From Eledone cirrhosa (Eukaryota): DNA of 64,000 bases. Made by a program: the position numbers and the translations under genes. The stretch covers positions 324,694,001 to 324,758,000 of the forward strand of contig OZ024740.1 in assembly GCA_964016885.1 (NCBI GenBank), given 5' to 3'. Of this stretch, positions 28,934 to 43,863 are shown one piece after another (positions within the stretch are counted from its first letter, which is position 1; every line of letters starts with the position of its first letter). A model generated the notes under the pieces. That model ran no database searches. It had not been told where the DNA came from and worked only from the letters and a program-made list of their open reading frames with translations.

Positions 28934-29942
28934 TATATATATATATACATACACACATACACATACACATACATACACACATATATATATATACATATAT
29001 ATACATATACATATACATATATATACACATACATACACATACATATATATACATATATCCATATATATACATATACATACATATACATATATATATATAT
29101 ATACATATGGTGGCTGCCAACTCGTTTTCGAGTACGGCCACTACTTTATATCCTTGTAGGAGAACCTCTACTGATGCGCTGAACGAGTGTGACTTTTTAG
29201 TCCAGCCAGCGACTTGAAAACTCTGGTACAAACACTACACTTGTGACAATTATTGACACATAGTGCTGGGCCCATGGTACCATGTGATGACAATTGCAGA
29301 GAGATCTCCAGATACAAAACAATGCCTGTGCCGTGAAGCTTTTATAGTGAGCAAAGGCACTGTACAAAGCCAGTCCCACTCTCTTAACCAAGATGATATT
29401 TACCAAAAAAAAGAACACGTCAACATCATTGGCTACCATCAGGGTTGCAGGTGCTATATCAGAGTTTTCCTTCTCCTAGAATTCTGCCTTGACAAAGGCT
29501 AAGGGGTCATCTCTACCGGTGATTTTGGATGGCCATTGACTCTTAAGGGCTTCTTTTCCCTTTGACAGATTTTGATTTTAGTCCTGCAGGATGTCCAAAG
29601 TCACCCTCCTCACCAAGAAACCTTGGTAGGGTTGCACATACATACATACCTACATATATACACATATACCTACATACCTACATACACACATACATACCTA
29701 CATATATACATACATACACACATACATACCTACATATATACATACATACCTACACATACCTACATACATACATACACATAACTACATATATACATACATA
29801 CCTACATACACATCTACATATATACATACCTACCTACACACATACATACACAGACAACAAGGTGTAAACTGTTTAAATTCCAGTTCACCCACACCACCTC
29901 AACCCACCCCCATCACCCCCATCCCAGACCTCCAATAACATT

Positions 29943-30521
29943 TCAATATTTCAACTTCTCTTTGGAGGTGGAAGGTTGCTCCAGCTCGGTCTCATACTCT
30001 ATTGTCACTTTTGGACGTCTTTTTGACATTTTCTTTGTTTTTCCTTTGTGATGTTCTGCTGATAACGATGATGGTGCTTGCTTCCGTTTCTTAACTTTCT
30101 CGCCCGTCGTTGCTAACGTCAACCCTGGTACCTTGTTGTCATTGACGACATCTCCTTCATCACTGCTAGAGTTGTAATCACTCAACCGAAGATCCTCAAG
30201 CTCTTCAATGTCACTCTCTTCAAATTCATTGTAAGGAACATACTCCACATAACCAGAGGTACTCGCATCACCTTTCTCCTTCTCCATCTCCTCTTCTACC
30301 TCCTTTGCAATCCGCCCACGCTGTCCTTCCTCTTCACTGTCAATCTCTTCTTCTTCTTCTTCTTCTTCTTCTTCTTCTTCTTCTTCTTCTTCTTCTTCTT
30401 CTTCTTCTTCTTCTTCTTCTTCTTCTTCTTCTTCTTCTTCTTCTTCTTCTTCTTCTTCTTCTTCTTCTTCATCCTCTTCCTCTACCTCTTCTCCGTCCAG
30501 AACTTTGCTGAATGCGTGCAT
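29943..30521 (-). CDS. MAK16: C-terminal part of MAK16 (60S biogenesis factor); last exon or retro-fragment, with expanded poly-Glu
   Basis: HAFSKVLD, EFEESDIEELED and RPKVTIEYETE resemble the MAK16 motifs HAFDKALE, ESDISDFED and VEIEYEQE; (GAA)n tract at about 30346-30470. Confidence 0.75.
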   Translation of the reverse strand: MHAFSKVLDGEEVEEEDEEEEEEEEEEEEEEEEEEEEEEEEEEEEEEEEEEEEEEEEEEIDSEEEGQRGRIAKEVEEEMEKEKGDASTSGYVEYVPYNEFEESDIEELEDLRLSDYNSSSDEGDVVNDNKVPGLTLATTGEKVKKRKQAPSSLSAEHHKGKTKKMSKRRPKVTIEYETELEQPSTSKEKLKY

Positions 30522-30628
30522 ACCTACCTACGTACATACATACGTACATATACATATATATATACATATGTACAAACATACATGCATAATACATACATAT
30601 ATAGATACATACATACATGCATACATAA

Positions 30629-31050
30629 ATACATCACCTTCAGATGTATGCCTGTGATTATTGGGGCACTGGGGTATGTTAGTAACTGCCTCAATACAAA
30701 TCTTGAGAAGCTAGCTTCACAGGAACAGAAAGAACACAACTAGTTAGGAAATTACAAGTACAATCCATTAATGGAACAGTAAAAATATGTAAGACATTCC
30801 AAATATTTTGCATCTAATAACTGCATATACACTTGTACAGATACAAAGCATATACACATGCACACATACAACTCTAAACATCCACATCCACACATAAAAT
30901 AACATCCATATCTACACATGCATGCAGACATACATACATACATACCTAGTTGATGTTGTGTAAATTCCAATGAGAGAGTCTTGTGTCTATGTTAGAAACC
31001 GACTCTCTCTCTATTGGTAAAACTTTGTGAAATTATAAAACCAGAAGAAC
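30629..31050 (+). mobile_element. 3' fragment of an R4/Dong-like RLE retrotransposon; its 3' UTR recurs at 60603-60880 (minus)
   Basis: YITFRCMPVIIGALGYV...INGTVKICKTF is paralogous to ORF 52163-52639; ends in (CATA)n. Confidence 0.8.
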
Positions 31051-31930
31051 ATACATACACATACATACAGAGATACATACATATACAAACATGCATACCA
31101 ACACACATACGTACATACATACAAGCGTACATACCTACCTACACATATACATACATACGTACATATATATACATATGTACAAACATACATACATAATACA
31201 TATATAGATACATACATACATACACATATATACAGAGATACATACATATACAAACATGCATATCAACACACATACGTACATACATACATGCGTACATACA
31301 TACATACGTACATATATATACATATGTACAAACATACATGCATAATACATATATAGATAAATACATACATACATACATACATATATACATGGTGGCTGCC
31401 AACTCGTTTTCGAGTATGGCCACTACTTTATATCCATGTAGGAAAACCCCTACCGATGCGCTGAATGAGTGTGACTTTTTAGTCCAGCCAGCGACTTGAA
31501 AACTCTGGTATAAACACTACACTTGTGACAATTATTGACACATAGTGCTGGACCCATTGTACCCTGTGATGACAAGTGCAGAGAGATCTCCAGATATAAA
31601 CCAATGCCTGTGCCGTGAAGCTTTTATAGTGAGCAAAGGCACTGCACAAAGCCAGTCCCACTCTCTTAACCAAGATGATATTTACCAAAAAGAAGAACAA
31701 GTCAACATCATTGGATACCATCAGGGTTGCACGTGTTATATCAGAGTTTTCCTTCTCCTAGAATTCTGCCTTGACAAAGGCTAAGGGGTCATCTCTCATA
31801 CATACACACACATACAGAGATACATACATATACAAACATGCATACTAACACACATACGTACATACATACATGCGTACATACCTACATACATACATACATA
31901 CATACATACATACATACATACATACATACA

Positions 31931-31961
<31 letters not shown>

Positions 31962-32153
31962 GTACATATATAGACATATGTACAAACATACATGCATAAC
32001 ACATATATAGATAGATAGATACATACATACATACATACATACATACATACATACATACATACATACATACATACATACGTACGTACATATATATACATAT
32101 GTACAAACATACATACATACATACATACATACATACATACATACATACATACA

Positions 32154-32185
<32 letters not shown>

Positions 32186-32672
32186 CATCAGTGGCTATTT
32201 ACAGCGTAGTTCACTGACTACAGCTGTTTCAAATTATAAACGCCCCTCTTCCTACAGCCCACTAACTTTAAACAACATGACCACGACAACCTAGCGTCTT
32301 CCTTTCTACCATGTCTCTTCCTTTCCTAACTTCCGCTTCCTATTCTTAACCTCTCAAACGTCATTCGTCTTCGCTACCACCTGTTCGTCCTCCACCTCTC
32401 ACCACCACCAACAGCGCAAACACTAGCGTCACCACAATAACCCACACCACACAAACCTACACCACTATCACCACCATCACAACTACCAACAGCACAACCA
32501 CTATCACCACCATAACATTTCAACACCAACATCTCCACAACCATCTACGCCCCCCCCCCCCCAACCACCTCCACCATCATCACCACTACCACCATTACTG
32601 ATATACCTTGTGAAATCATGCGGAACAAATTCGAAATACATGCAGATATGTCAGTCTCTTGGGTAGCTGCAC

Positions 32673-32747
<75 letters not shown>

Positions 32748-33578
32748 TCTCTCCCTCCCTCTCTCTCCCTCACTATATACAGTTATACATATATACATAC
32801 ACACGTATATATATGTGTATGTGTGTGTGTGTAGTGAGTGTCAGTAGTGTGAAAGCCAGATAGATCACAAATCAGATTAGTACTCAATACATGGTGTGAT
32901 GCAGGTATTTTACTGAGGTAGAGCTCCGACCGTAAGGTCCACTGTTTTCATCTTGTAACCACCCGAAGTTTCTTCAAGGTATACATACATACATATATAT
33001 ACATACATTCATACATATATATACATATATTCATACATATATATATACATACATTCATACATATATATATATGGCCACCCGGACTAGCAACTGCTAATTT
33101 TTGGCCGCCTTCTCGTCTTGGGCATTTCTCTCTGCTTTTCAGCCCCCTGGATTGTGTCTATTATTATATTCCTTTGTTGGATAAATTTCCGAATACCTGA
33201 TAATGTCACTGGATTCATACTGAGCCCGGTCATTAAAATGTTCATAGTATAATAAATCTTTAAGGAATTACACCAGCACATCCTCCTGTCATTTTATAAT
33301 ATATATATATATATAAATTAATATAGAGAGAAGATGAAGTTAGAAATATATTTTAGGGCCTGTTTTTCTTTGTTTTTCTTTGATTGGTCAAAGTGACATT
33401 ATTGAAAAAAATGAGAAAATATATATAAATAATTATAACAGTGACATAGACAGGTCCTCAAGCTTCGTTGGGTTTTGGGCCCCAATTTCTTCAGCCCTGT
33501 CACTGTTGTAATTATTTATACTAAACTCGTCCCATGGACTGAGTGCTCTTACCTTTGGATATTTCCACTTAACTTTTG

Positions 33579-34000
<422 letters not shown>

Positions 34001-34019
34001 ATATATATATATATATATT

Positions 34020-35521
34020 TCGTTTCTGAATTTGTTTAGCAAGATTCTTTATCTGAAAATGTGTGTTGAAGCCGATATTGTTGTGCTTTGGTAGGGTCAT
34101 GTTGCCAATAAGAATCACACGCACCAGTTGCTTTCACTTCAATTTATTATAAATTAAATTTATAAATTTCCGGTTGGTTGGTTGGTTGGTTCCACAACCA
34201 GACGATTGTTCATATATTGTCAAAGTTCTTTCGTCACACATTCTGTGACCTCTTCAATCACTGGGGATTCTTTTCTTTGTTTTTGTGCCTCTCCTTTGTT
34301 CTGTCCTACGCTATCTTGTTTTTGTGTGTGTTGTGTGCTTAGTTTGCGCATGTGTTACATCCGGGTGTCTGTGTGTGTTTATATTTGTTTATTTATTTGT
34401 TTATTTACATGTTACTGGTTGGTTGTTTGTTCTATGTGTGTGTGTGTGATTTCATTTTGTCCTTAATTGTAATTTGTGATGTTGCTGTTCCATTCATGTT
34501 TTCTATTTAATTTTGGTTGGAGTTTATTTATGTTTATTGCCTCTGTGATTTGTCTAAACATTGCGTCTTTTCTGTGTGTAGATTCTATTTTTATTTCTAT
34601 GTTCTCTAATTTAACCTTATGTTCTATTTTAGCATGTTGGTGGAGTACAGATGATTCTTTACTATCTTGAAGCTCTCGCCAGTGTTCATTTATCCGTTCC
34701 CCTATACTACGAGCTGTCTCACCTATGTACACTATATTCTTATCTCTACATTGTCCTTCAGTACATCTTATGCTATATACTATATTTCTACTTTTACAGT
34801 TAATATGGGGGCTTAGTTTACAGATTATACATTTCTTATCTATACAGGGAGGTCTTTGGAAAGGGTATGTATTGCTAATAAGTGTTTTTATGGATGTACC
34901 TGGTCTTTCTACTATCTTAATATTAAGTTTATGTTTATCTAGGGCCCTTCTAAACTTGTAAGCTAATTCACCTCTAAGGGTTGTATCGATGAACATTACA
35001 CTCTGGTATTTATTGCTATCATACCATGAGTTTATTCTATTAACCTTATTCCTAGTTCTTTCTATTCTACGCCAACCAAAATTAAATAAAAAAACATGAA
35101 TGGAACAGCAACATCACAACTTACAATTAAGGACAAAATGAAAACACACACACACATAGAACAAACAACCAACCAGTAACATGTAAATAAACAAATAAAT
35201 AAACAAATATAAACACACACAGACACCCGGATGTAACACATGCGCAAACTAAGCACACAACACACACAACAACAAGATGGCGTAGGACAGAACAAAGGAG
35301 AGGCACAAAAACAAAGAAAAGAATCCCCAGTGACTGAAGAGGTCACAGAATGTGTGACGAAGAGAACTTTGACAATATATGAACAATCGTCTGGTTGTGG
35401 AACCAACCAACCAACCGGAAATTTATAAATTCCTAAATTTATAAATTTAATTTATAATAAATTGAAGTGAAAGCTCGCGGTGCGTGTGTTTCTTATTGGC
35501 AACATGACTCTCCCAAAGCAT

Positions 35522-35530
<9 letters not shown>
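34020..35530 (-). mobile_element. 5'-truncated Penelope-like element (tentatively Nematis-like) with inverted pseudo-LTR
   Basis: ORF 34463-34996 has GIY-YIG NIVYSIRC...VYIGETARSIGERINEH...LNRKHEWN; arms about 34075-34520 and 35070-35530; damaged hammerheads at 34219-34263 (minus) and 35330-35373 (plus). Confidence 0.9.
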
Positions 35531-35599
<69 letters not shown>

Positions 35600-35601
<2 letters not shown>

Positions 35602-35845
35602 CTCACCTACTGACATACACTAACAAATTTTTTTTTCCCACACGCCACCTACATCCACAACACGCATAAACACCACACACACACGTGCGTACCACCACAT
35701 ATTTACACACTCAACCTCCGGAATCCTCTCCCCCACCCCTCTGACTCCTCCCTATCCACACACGCACACACACTTCGACCTACACCCCACCCACACACAC
35801 CTCTTCCTGAACATGCAACCCCGTTCTTCCCCCAACTCTTTCTTT

Positions 35846-35884
<39 letters not shown>

Positions 35885-36254
35885 AGACCTACACACACAC
35901 ACCACCTTCAGCCCTCCCCGCTCGGACACCCCGCCTCCCTCTCCCCACTCCACCCGCCACCACCCCTACACGCCCCACACCCTTCCACCACCTGTTTTAC
36001 CTCATGTTTATTTTTATTTTTATTATGCTTTTATATTTAATTTCATTTGTACCGTTTCCTCTTACCCTCTTTTTTCTATATGTCTCTCCACCACTCCCCT
36101 ACACACCCTTGGAACTCTCTTCCCACACACTTTTCACCTGAAGAAGGGCTTATGCCCGAAACGTCGTTCCCCACCACCACCCCACTCTCAAGAGCGTGAA
36201 ACTAATAAACCTTTGTTCGTACTGCCTCTCTGTTTTGTTCCCGTTCAATTTTTT

Positions 36255-36258
<4 letters not shown>
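35600..36258 (+). mobile_element. PLE-like 3' region ending in a hammerhead-core motif and (TA)n
   Basis: CTGAAGA-a-gggc-ttat-gccc-GAAA-cg-TC at 36138-36165; stem I only 2 bp. Confidence 0.55.
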
Positions 36259-36348
<90 letters not shown>

Positions 36349-36553
36349 TATTAGAAAGTGAGGTTTTTTTTACAAAATGAAAAATAACCGAGATGTCCTA
36401 CACGAGTGAAAGTATAAAGAAAAAAAGATGAAATCAAAAATGCAACTGGAGTCTTATTTAAAAATATATATATATATATTTATTTGGTTCCTTTACCGGT
36501 TTCGCAGTTCTTCTGCTTTTCAAAAGTAAAGTTGAGATGGAGGGTCTGTGGTT
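36349..36553 (-). mobile_element. Solo pseudo-LTR of the PLE at 62240-64000
   Basis: Near-identical to 62240-62442; lies between (TA)n tracts. Confidence 0.85.
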
Positions 36554-37786
36554 TATATATATATATATTAATTTAATTATTCAATTAGAGAAAGTTGATT
36601 GATTTAAAATCAACCGATTTTCATATAACAGATGTCAAGCACTCAACGGATTTGTTTATCCGGAGTTTCAAAGATTTCTGGCTTATGTATAGCACCAGTC
36701 AAACGTTCTCATCGGATAAAATTCACAGGAGATGGAAATATCCTTTGATATGCTAGCAGTCATACGAGTTATTCACTTCAGTGACGAGCCAGCATATGCC
36801 TGAAAAAATTTCAACGTGATAGATATTGTATGAGTGGAAAAATATTTTACAGTTGGTGTTGCTGTTTTTGAACTGGCTAGCGTATCATGTTACCGGATTG
36901 GTCAATTAGTTCAAAGGATAACATGTAAGGACTGTTAATCTATTTTTTTCTTTTAAATTTAAAATAATTCATTCATAGATGCTGAAGTTATAATGTAACT
37001 ATATATTAAAGAAAAATTGAAATTGTTGTTCTATATTCCACACTGGTAAAAATATCGGAAAAAGAATTTGGAAATGCAATTGGAGTCTTTAAGAAGACTT
37101 GTTAATAAGAGCTTTACCGCTTTCACATTTGAATGATTTTCTCGGGAAATTCCGTTCCGTTTTATGCAGAAAAGTATCTCAGATTGCTATTTGTTTAAAG
37201 TAAAAATGGATTGGTTGTGGAAGATTACATGATTAGGTATAGAGTTGTGTAGATTTTTGCGCCAAATATGGATGATAACGTGATTTGGAATAGCATTTTT
37301 CTTGTCGATTTTGCGCCTAAAATTGGAAGTATCATGCTTAAGTGAATGTGGTTAATGAAAGAATTAATGTCTATTTTATTGTAAGTTGTCACGTCTCTCT
37401 ATAGAGTTGCTTGTGACAATGTCCCTCCCGATTTTTTAAGTGTATATGAAATTTATATCCCCACCCTCCCACACACACACACTCTCTCTCTCTAGGTATA
37501 GTTGATTTTGTTTTCTTTCCTGCTACGTCGGGACATGACAGAACACGTGACAACAATTAAAAATATTAAATAAATAAAATAGAATACAAATAATAATAAT
37601 TTTTGCATAAAACAGAAAGATGCAGCCAACCATATTTATATATGTGGGTACAACATATCCAGACCATATTTTTTTTATTATGTATTTCATATTATGTTAA
37701 ACAGATATGTGTAGATATGTATGTGTTGGTATGACATTGTAACTTCCCCTGGCACACACACAACACACACAACACACACAACACAC

Positions 37787-37847
<61 letters not shown>

Positions 37848-37854
37848 CACACAC

Positions 37855-37908
<54 letters not shown>

Positions 37909-37916
37909 ACAACACA

Positions 37917-37956
<40 letters not shown>

Positions 37957-38004
37957 CACACACAACACACACAACACACACAACACACACACACACACAC
38001 GCAC

Positions 38005-38085
<81 letters not shown>

Positions 38086-38256
38086 GAGAGAGAGAGAGAG
38101 ATAGTCACAGTACGTCTTGTGTGAAAGAGAGAGAGAAAAAGAGACGTAAGGTTGAAGAAACAGTGTGTAAACAATAAATAAATAAATAAAAGTTAAAGTC
38201 ACTCTCTCTTTCTCTACAGGATTGGAGAACGATCAAGAACGCGCAGATCTCTCTTT

Positions 38257-38335
<79 letters not shown>

Positions 38336-38595
38336 TGTAAACCACCGTTCGTCGTCATTCTCGCTCTCTCTCTCTCTCTCTATCTGTCTATCTTGATAGA
38401 GTAAGACACGCTTCACATCGGCTCCGCTATTCCATCGGGATTTACCCTTACTATTGTAAGTACCGGATAAATTTTTCAGTGCAACACATTTGGAACACTA
38501 ACCCCTGTTTTTTAGGGAAACATTTTTGCATTTACCCCCTTTTTAGGGGGTAAAATAAATATCTATTTTTGCCGAAAAATTTCTTTCTTGGCAGC

Positions 38596-40425
38596 ATGGC
38601 GGAAAAGATGGCAGACATGTCTGCCATTAGCTCTGCCACGCCCCCCAAGTCTGAAGAACAAAAAATAATTACAACAAAATTAGACAATGTAACAAACAAA
38701 GAAAATGAAAAAACAAATGTTAAGGAAAATGAGCAAACAGAAAACAAACAAACAGAAAATAATACAAATAACAACAGGGCAACTTTCGCCCAGAAAACAA
38801 AACAATCCATTACATACACACCAATTGACCTAACTGCCGCCAGAGAAAAACTGGCCGAAGCAAAGAAACACATTGTTTTGGGGGAGAACGGAATGTTTTC
38901 CATTAACTCCCCCCCCAGAATTCAAGAAAGCCAGAGCAGAAAACACAGTTCTCTACAGAACTATACTGAACCAGACAAGAAAGCCAGCACAGCCCAGCCA
39001 AATGGAAATAGAGTTAGTCCTAAAAGACTATATGAAGAATATTCTCTTCATACGAAAGGACCGACTCTATGGCAGCATTTCGGTCCTAACAAGAGACAGG
39101 GAAACGGCGGAGAAGCTTTCCCTAAGCCCACTCTCATCGACAACATATAGCTTCTATCCCTCCTACATGGGTAGAAGAACACAGAGAGTAAAAGTAAAAA
39201 CAATGCTGCCCACAATGGACTTCTGGTGGGCTATTGCTGGCTTCATTGATATGGGCGAAGACACAATGCTGTCAATGGGGAAGGCAACTGGAGATGCGTT
39301 CCTGGGAATGGGCCTCGACATACTAGTCCAAATGAGGCCCGAAAGAATAGCACAAATCCCGGATCGCATCTGGCTGGATGACCTTACCCCAATAGACATA
39401 ATTGTAGAGGGGAGAAGACCAGCATGCTATTTATGCATGGAAAGGGGACACGTTAAGGCTAACTGCCCGAAACGTATCCCCCAAAAAGGACTATTGCCCA
39501 CACCCACCACAAACAGTACACCAACACCACCCACCTCCAAAAATACACTAATACCACACACAGCAAACAAAATACAGACACCACCAACCACAAACACAAC
39601 ACAAACATCACCACCACCAGCACCAAACACAAGCACGACACAAAAATCACCACCACCAACCACAACACAAACACCACCAACACCAACCACATGCACGACA
39701 CAAACATTACCACCACCACCACAAAACCCATTCCAAACAAATAATAAAAAAAAACAGTAACAAATCTACCCCTCCCGCAAAAAAAAAACAACCACACAAC
39801 ACGTCCCTCCCACCTAGCGCTGAAGAGTTTCCCCCAACTTCTGAAGAAGAAGGAGGAGAAGCCTTCAGACAAGTTAAAAGAAAAAAAAGAAAACACACAC
39901 CCAGCACACCACAAATAACCCACACACAAACACCAACTCCAATCATAAACACCCCACCCTCAACAAACAAAAATAAATCTGCGCCTCCCCTCTCCGAAAC
40001 ATTGACAGCATCACAAAAAAAGACGTTGCAATACACATATATAAATAAAGAAAACAAAAAACTGGTTAAATTAATAAACAATAACCCTATGGTGCAGACC
40101 GAAGGGCCAAACTTTATCTCAACAGAGAACTTCACCCATTTAAAAATGATAAAGGTCCCTCTGGACCTTTATCGTTCCTTAAAAGAACAATTTAGACGGG
40201 ACGTGAGCCCCCCCCTGTTTAAAACCGTTGAATCGCGTCCTCTTGAAAGATTTCCCCATAACCGCCCCTCTCCCTGACACAACTCCAAATACCCCAACCC
40301 CACCACACACGTGTACCCCCACACCACCACAAAACATCCCTCCACCCAACACACCTGATGCCATGGAAATTACGCAACCCGGAGAGGTAAGTGCTTTTCT
40401 TTCTTCACTTTCAACACCAAAATAG
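38596..40425 (+). CDS. LINE ORF1 (gag-like, CCHC zinc knuckle, P/T-rich tail), with two frameshifts
   Basis: IIVEGRRPACYLCMERGHVKANCP; frame changes within 38876-38916 and near the A-run at 39745-39754. Confidence 0.75.
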
Positions 40426-40430
40426 ATCAA

Positions 40431-43400
40431 TTGAGAGTTGGCTGTTTGAACGCGCGTGGCCTGGGCTCAGCTTGGAAGCAAGCAAAGCTTCTAAGTGACC
40501 TCAGGTCACAAAGTATAGATGTGATGGTTGTTTGCGAGAGTCGGATCAGCAGCGTGAGACAGCTGGCGCCCGCCTTCGATGACTTTGAGATGCACGCATC
40601 TCTCTGTCAACCCGGAGGCGGGGGGGGGGGGAGTTGCCGTACTGCTGGATAAACGTCTGACTCTCGACGTACAGATTGTTCACTCGGACCCGGGGGGTCG
40701 ATTACTGGTGCTGGACGTCGGAGGCGGTGAAGGCGGGGCTTTCAGACTGGTCGGTCTTTATGCTCCCTTCGGGGCGGAAAGAGCCGACTTCTTCCAGCGT
40801 CTGGAGACTTTTCTAGGAACGTCGCGTTCCCTGCTTTTAGTGGGGGACTGGAGTGGAATCCTAGATGCGCGTTGGGACTATGCAGGGGCATGTCCCGATA
40901 GAGGGGGGTGTAGCAGCCTCAAGGGGTTACTCGATCGATTCGACCTGGTCGATAGATTTCGACTAGATTGTCCAACTGCGCCAACCTGGACCTGGGCAAA
41001 CCGCAGTGGACAATCTAGATCGTACCTAGATAGGTTTTTGGTTAGGAGTAAGGATAGGGACGTATTTAGTTGTCCAGAACTGATCATGGTTGGCTATTCA
41101 GATCACAAATTAGTGTCCTGCGTGGTCAACCTTGATAGAACGCATAGACAGGGTCCCGGTTACTGGAAGATGAACTTGTCCTTACCGACAAAGAAAGATT
41201 ACAGAAACCGGATTAGTAGCTTAGTTAAGATGCGGTTGACGGGAGCGATCGTCAACAGTAGGTGGTGGGTATCTCTAAAGAGAGAGATTAGAGTAAGTTC
41301 GATAGGTTACAGTAAGGAACTAGCGGCGAATAGAAATAGGAAGGAAAGGGAGTTAACAGATAAACTAGAAGAGGCGATTAGGAGCGGAGACGTAGCCAGA
41401 GTGTTAGCGACGAGAACGGCGTTGAGCCAGTTCTTTGACGCGAAGCACGAAGGCTGCGTTGTCCGAAGTAAAATACGTGCTTTAGGAAACGAGGGGATCA
41501 AAGCTGTTAGCTGGGCCCGCGTGACAGAAGCCAAGAGTGGGATTAAATCCACCATTCGGTCTTTGCGAGACCAGGATGGACGGGTGATCCTTGAACCTGA
41601 GCGAATGTGCGAGACCTTTCAAAGGCACTTTGCTCGACTGTTCGGAGGTGGCGGGGGGCCGGACGGGAATGTGGACTTCGGTCCATACCTCGACGGTCTA
41701 CCGCGTCTTCCGAGCGGCGAAGCGGAGTGCTGCGAAAGGCCAATCACAGCCACTGAAATCGGGGAAGCGCTCAGCCAATGCAGCAGACGCAAATCCCCGG
41801 GTCTCGATGGTCTACCATACGAACTTTATTTAGCTATGCCGGTCTTGTTCTCCGAACTCCTCGAGGTTGTCTATTGCAACTGGCAACAGAACGGGAGAAT
41901 TCCCTGTTCTGTGACCAAGGGCGTGGTCACGCTAGTGAGGAAGGACGAGAGCAAGGGGGACGACTTAAGTAACTTTAGGCCCATAACTCTGCTGAATGCA
42001 GAGTTACAGATTTTGGCCAAGGTGTTGGCGAAGAGGTTGGCGCTTGTGGTGGGTGGTTTGGTGGGAGACGCGCAGACATGCGCTATCCCGTCCAGGTCCA
42101 TTCACGACAACCTCCACCTCATGCGATACATCATAGAGAGGGTTGGCTACGAACCCGGCTTTGGTGGGGCCCTGATCAACTTGGATCAATCTAAGGCGTT
42201 CGATAGGGTCGACCATGGTTACCTGGATGCGATGCTAGCGGCGGCGGGGTTCGGACCCGTTTTCAGGGGCTGGATTTCTGCCATGCACAGTGGCAACATC
42301 TACTCTAGGATTAAAGTAAACGGCTACCTCTCGGAGCCGTTTCAAATCACCCGATGCATCAGACAGGGGTGCCCCCTCTCCTCCCTTCTGTACGTATTGA
42401 CTCTCGAGCCACTGCTGCGGAAGTTGGAGTTGCTGCGGGGCATACCCCTGGAACCGGGATTGCACAAAGCGGTCTCGGCCTATGCCGACGACGTAACAGT
42501 AATGGTGGCGGACGCCTCGGAAATCGGGGCGATCGCCACCCTACTGGAGGAATACGAAAGGCTGACGGGGGCTAAGCTGAACCAGGACAAGTCAGTCGGT
42601 TTGCAACTCGGAACGTGGAGGGGCAAACCGATGCCGTTAGACGGTGTCGTCGGGCGGTGGACGGAGGGCCCGGTGAAGCTGCTCGGGGTCTGTTTCGGAC
42701 CGGACCTCCAGGTGGAGAAGAATTGGGGCGAGGTGACAAGCAGGGTGTTTGCGCTGACCCAGAAGTGGGACAAGTGCAAACTATCACTGAAAGGTCGGGC
42801 GGAGGTGACGAACGCTTACATAGCGTCCGTCATCTACTACCGCCTGACCGTCGTGCCTTGCCCCAAGGAAAAGCTCACCATCATGGAACGCATGCTCTTC
42901 CAGTTCCTCTGGAAGAAGCGGCCTCCCATGGTGAGGAGATCCATCTGCTGCCAGCACCCTTCGAAAGGAGGGCTGGGTATGCCGTGGCTGTTGATGCGTA
43001 GGCACGCATTGAGACTACGGCATCTACAGGTATTCCTCAACGGTCAGCCGGTGTGGGCCCCGTTTGTGAGGCGAGCCTTCCCACAGCTCGTCTCGCTCAC
43101 CGAACTGCAATCCTGGGTGAAGCAAAGACCGAGAAAACTGGGCAACTGGCACACCGAGTGTGCCCAGGCGCTCACGGCTATCTGGCAAGCGGACCCGACT
43201 GTCAGTGGAGAGTCCACCTCGACATTCTATAGAGGGTTGGTGGCTAGCAGAGGCGACGACACCCTTGGAGAGTCGCTAGGCATGGAGGAGGACGAACTGG
43301 CCAGCCTGTTCGGTAGAACTTTCGGCCCGGGACCCATGGACAACTTCCAGAGGTCCCTAGCCTGGCAGTGTTACCGGGGGGCTCTGCCCGTTCGAGAAAA

Positions 43401-43863
43401 GCTCTACAGACACGGGCGCCCGGGCAGGGATCCCGTGAAAAAGATCTGTCCCAGATGCGTGCGCGACGAGGAAACCGTTGCGCATGCACTGGTACACTGC
43501 CCGGGCGTTGCCGATCTGTGGGGCTACGTCGAACGACTGCTGTCGCGTGTGGCGCGGATTCGATTAACCGCCGAGTCTGTGGTGAACATCAAGCCGCCTC
43601 CTCCCTTCAGAAATGAAGCAGAGGCGGTCTTTCTGTGCGTAATAGCCATGATGAAAGAGGTTGTGTGGTGGACGCGCCTGAAAGGTCTGAGGTCGGGTGA
43701 CTTTCTCTCCGGCCATCACCTGGTTTACTTCTTCCGATACCACTTCGGAAGAAGGATCAGGATGGAGAGAGAAGTGCTTGGTCCCAGACAGTTTTATGAA
43801 AGGTGGGTGAAAGAAGCGAGAATGGCCCGTGTAAATGGGCCTTCTCTCTACATTGTTCTGTAG
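40431..43863 (+). CDS. LINE ORF2: AP endonuclease, reverse transcriptase and C-terminal CCHC
   Basis: LNARGL, SYLDRFL, SDHK, KSPGLDGLP, DQSKAFDRVDH, IRQGCPLS, YADD, CPRC..ETVAHALVHC; single frameshift at the G-run 40620-40631. Confidence 0.95.

Noticed and set aside
32212-32262. GAAA-cagctg-TA hammerhead 3' half on the minus strand (similar halves at about 2925, 18030 and 36655)
   Set aside because: The CUGANGA half or the cleavage triplet is missing or degenerate; at most relics
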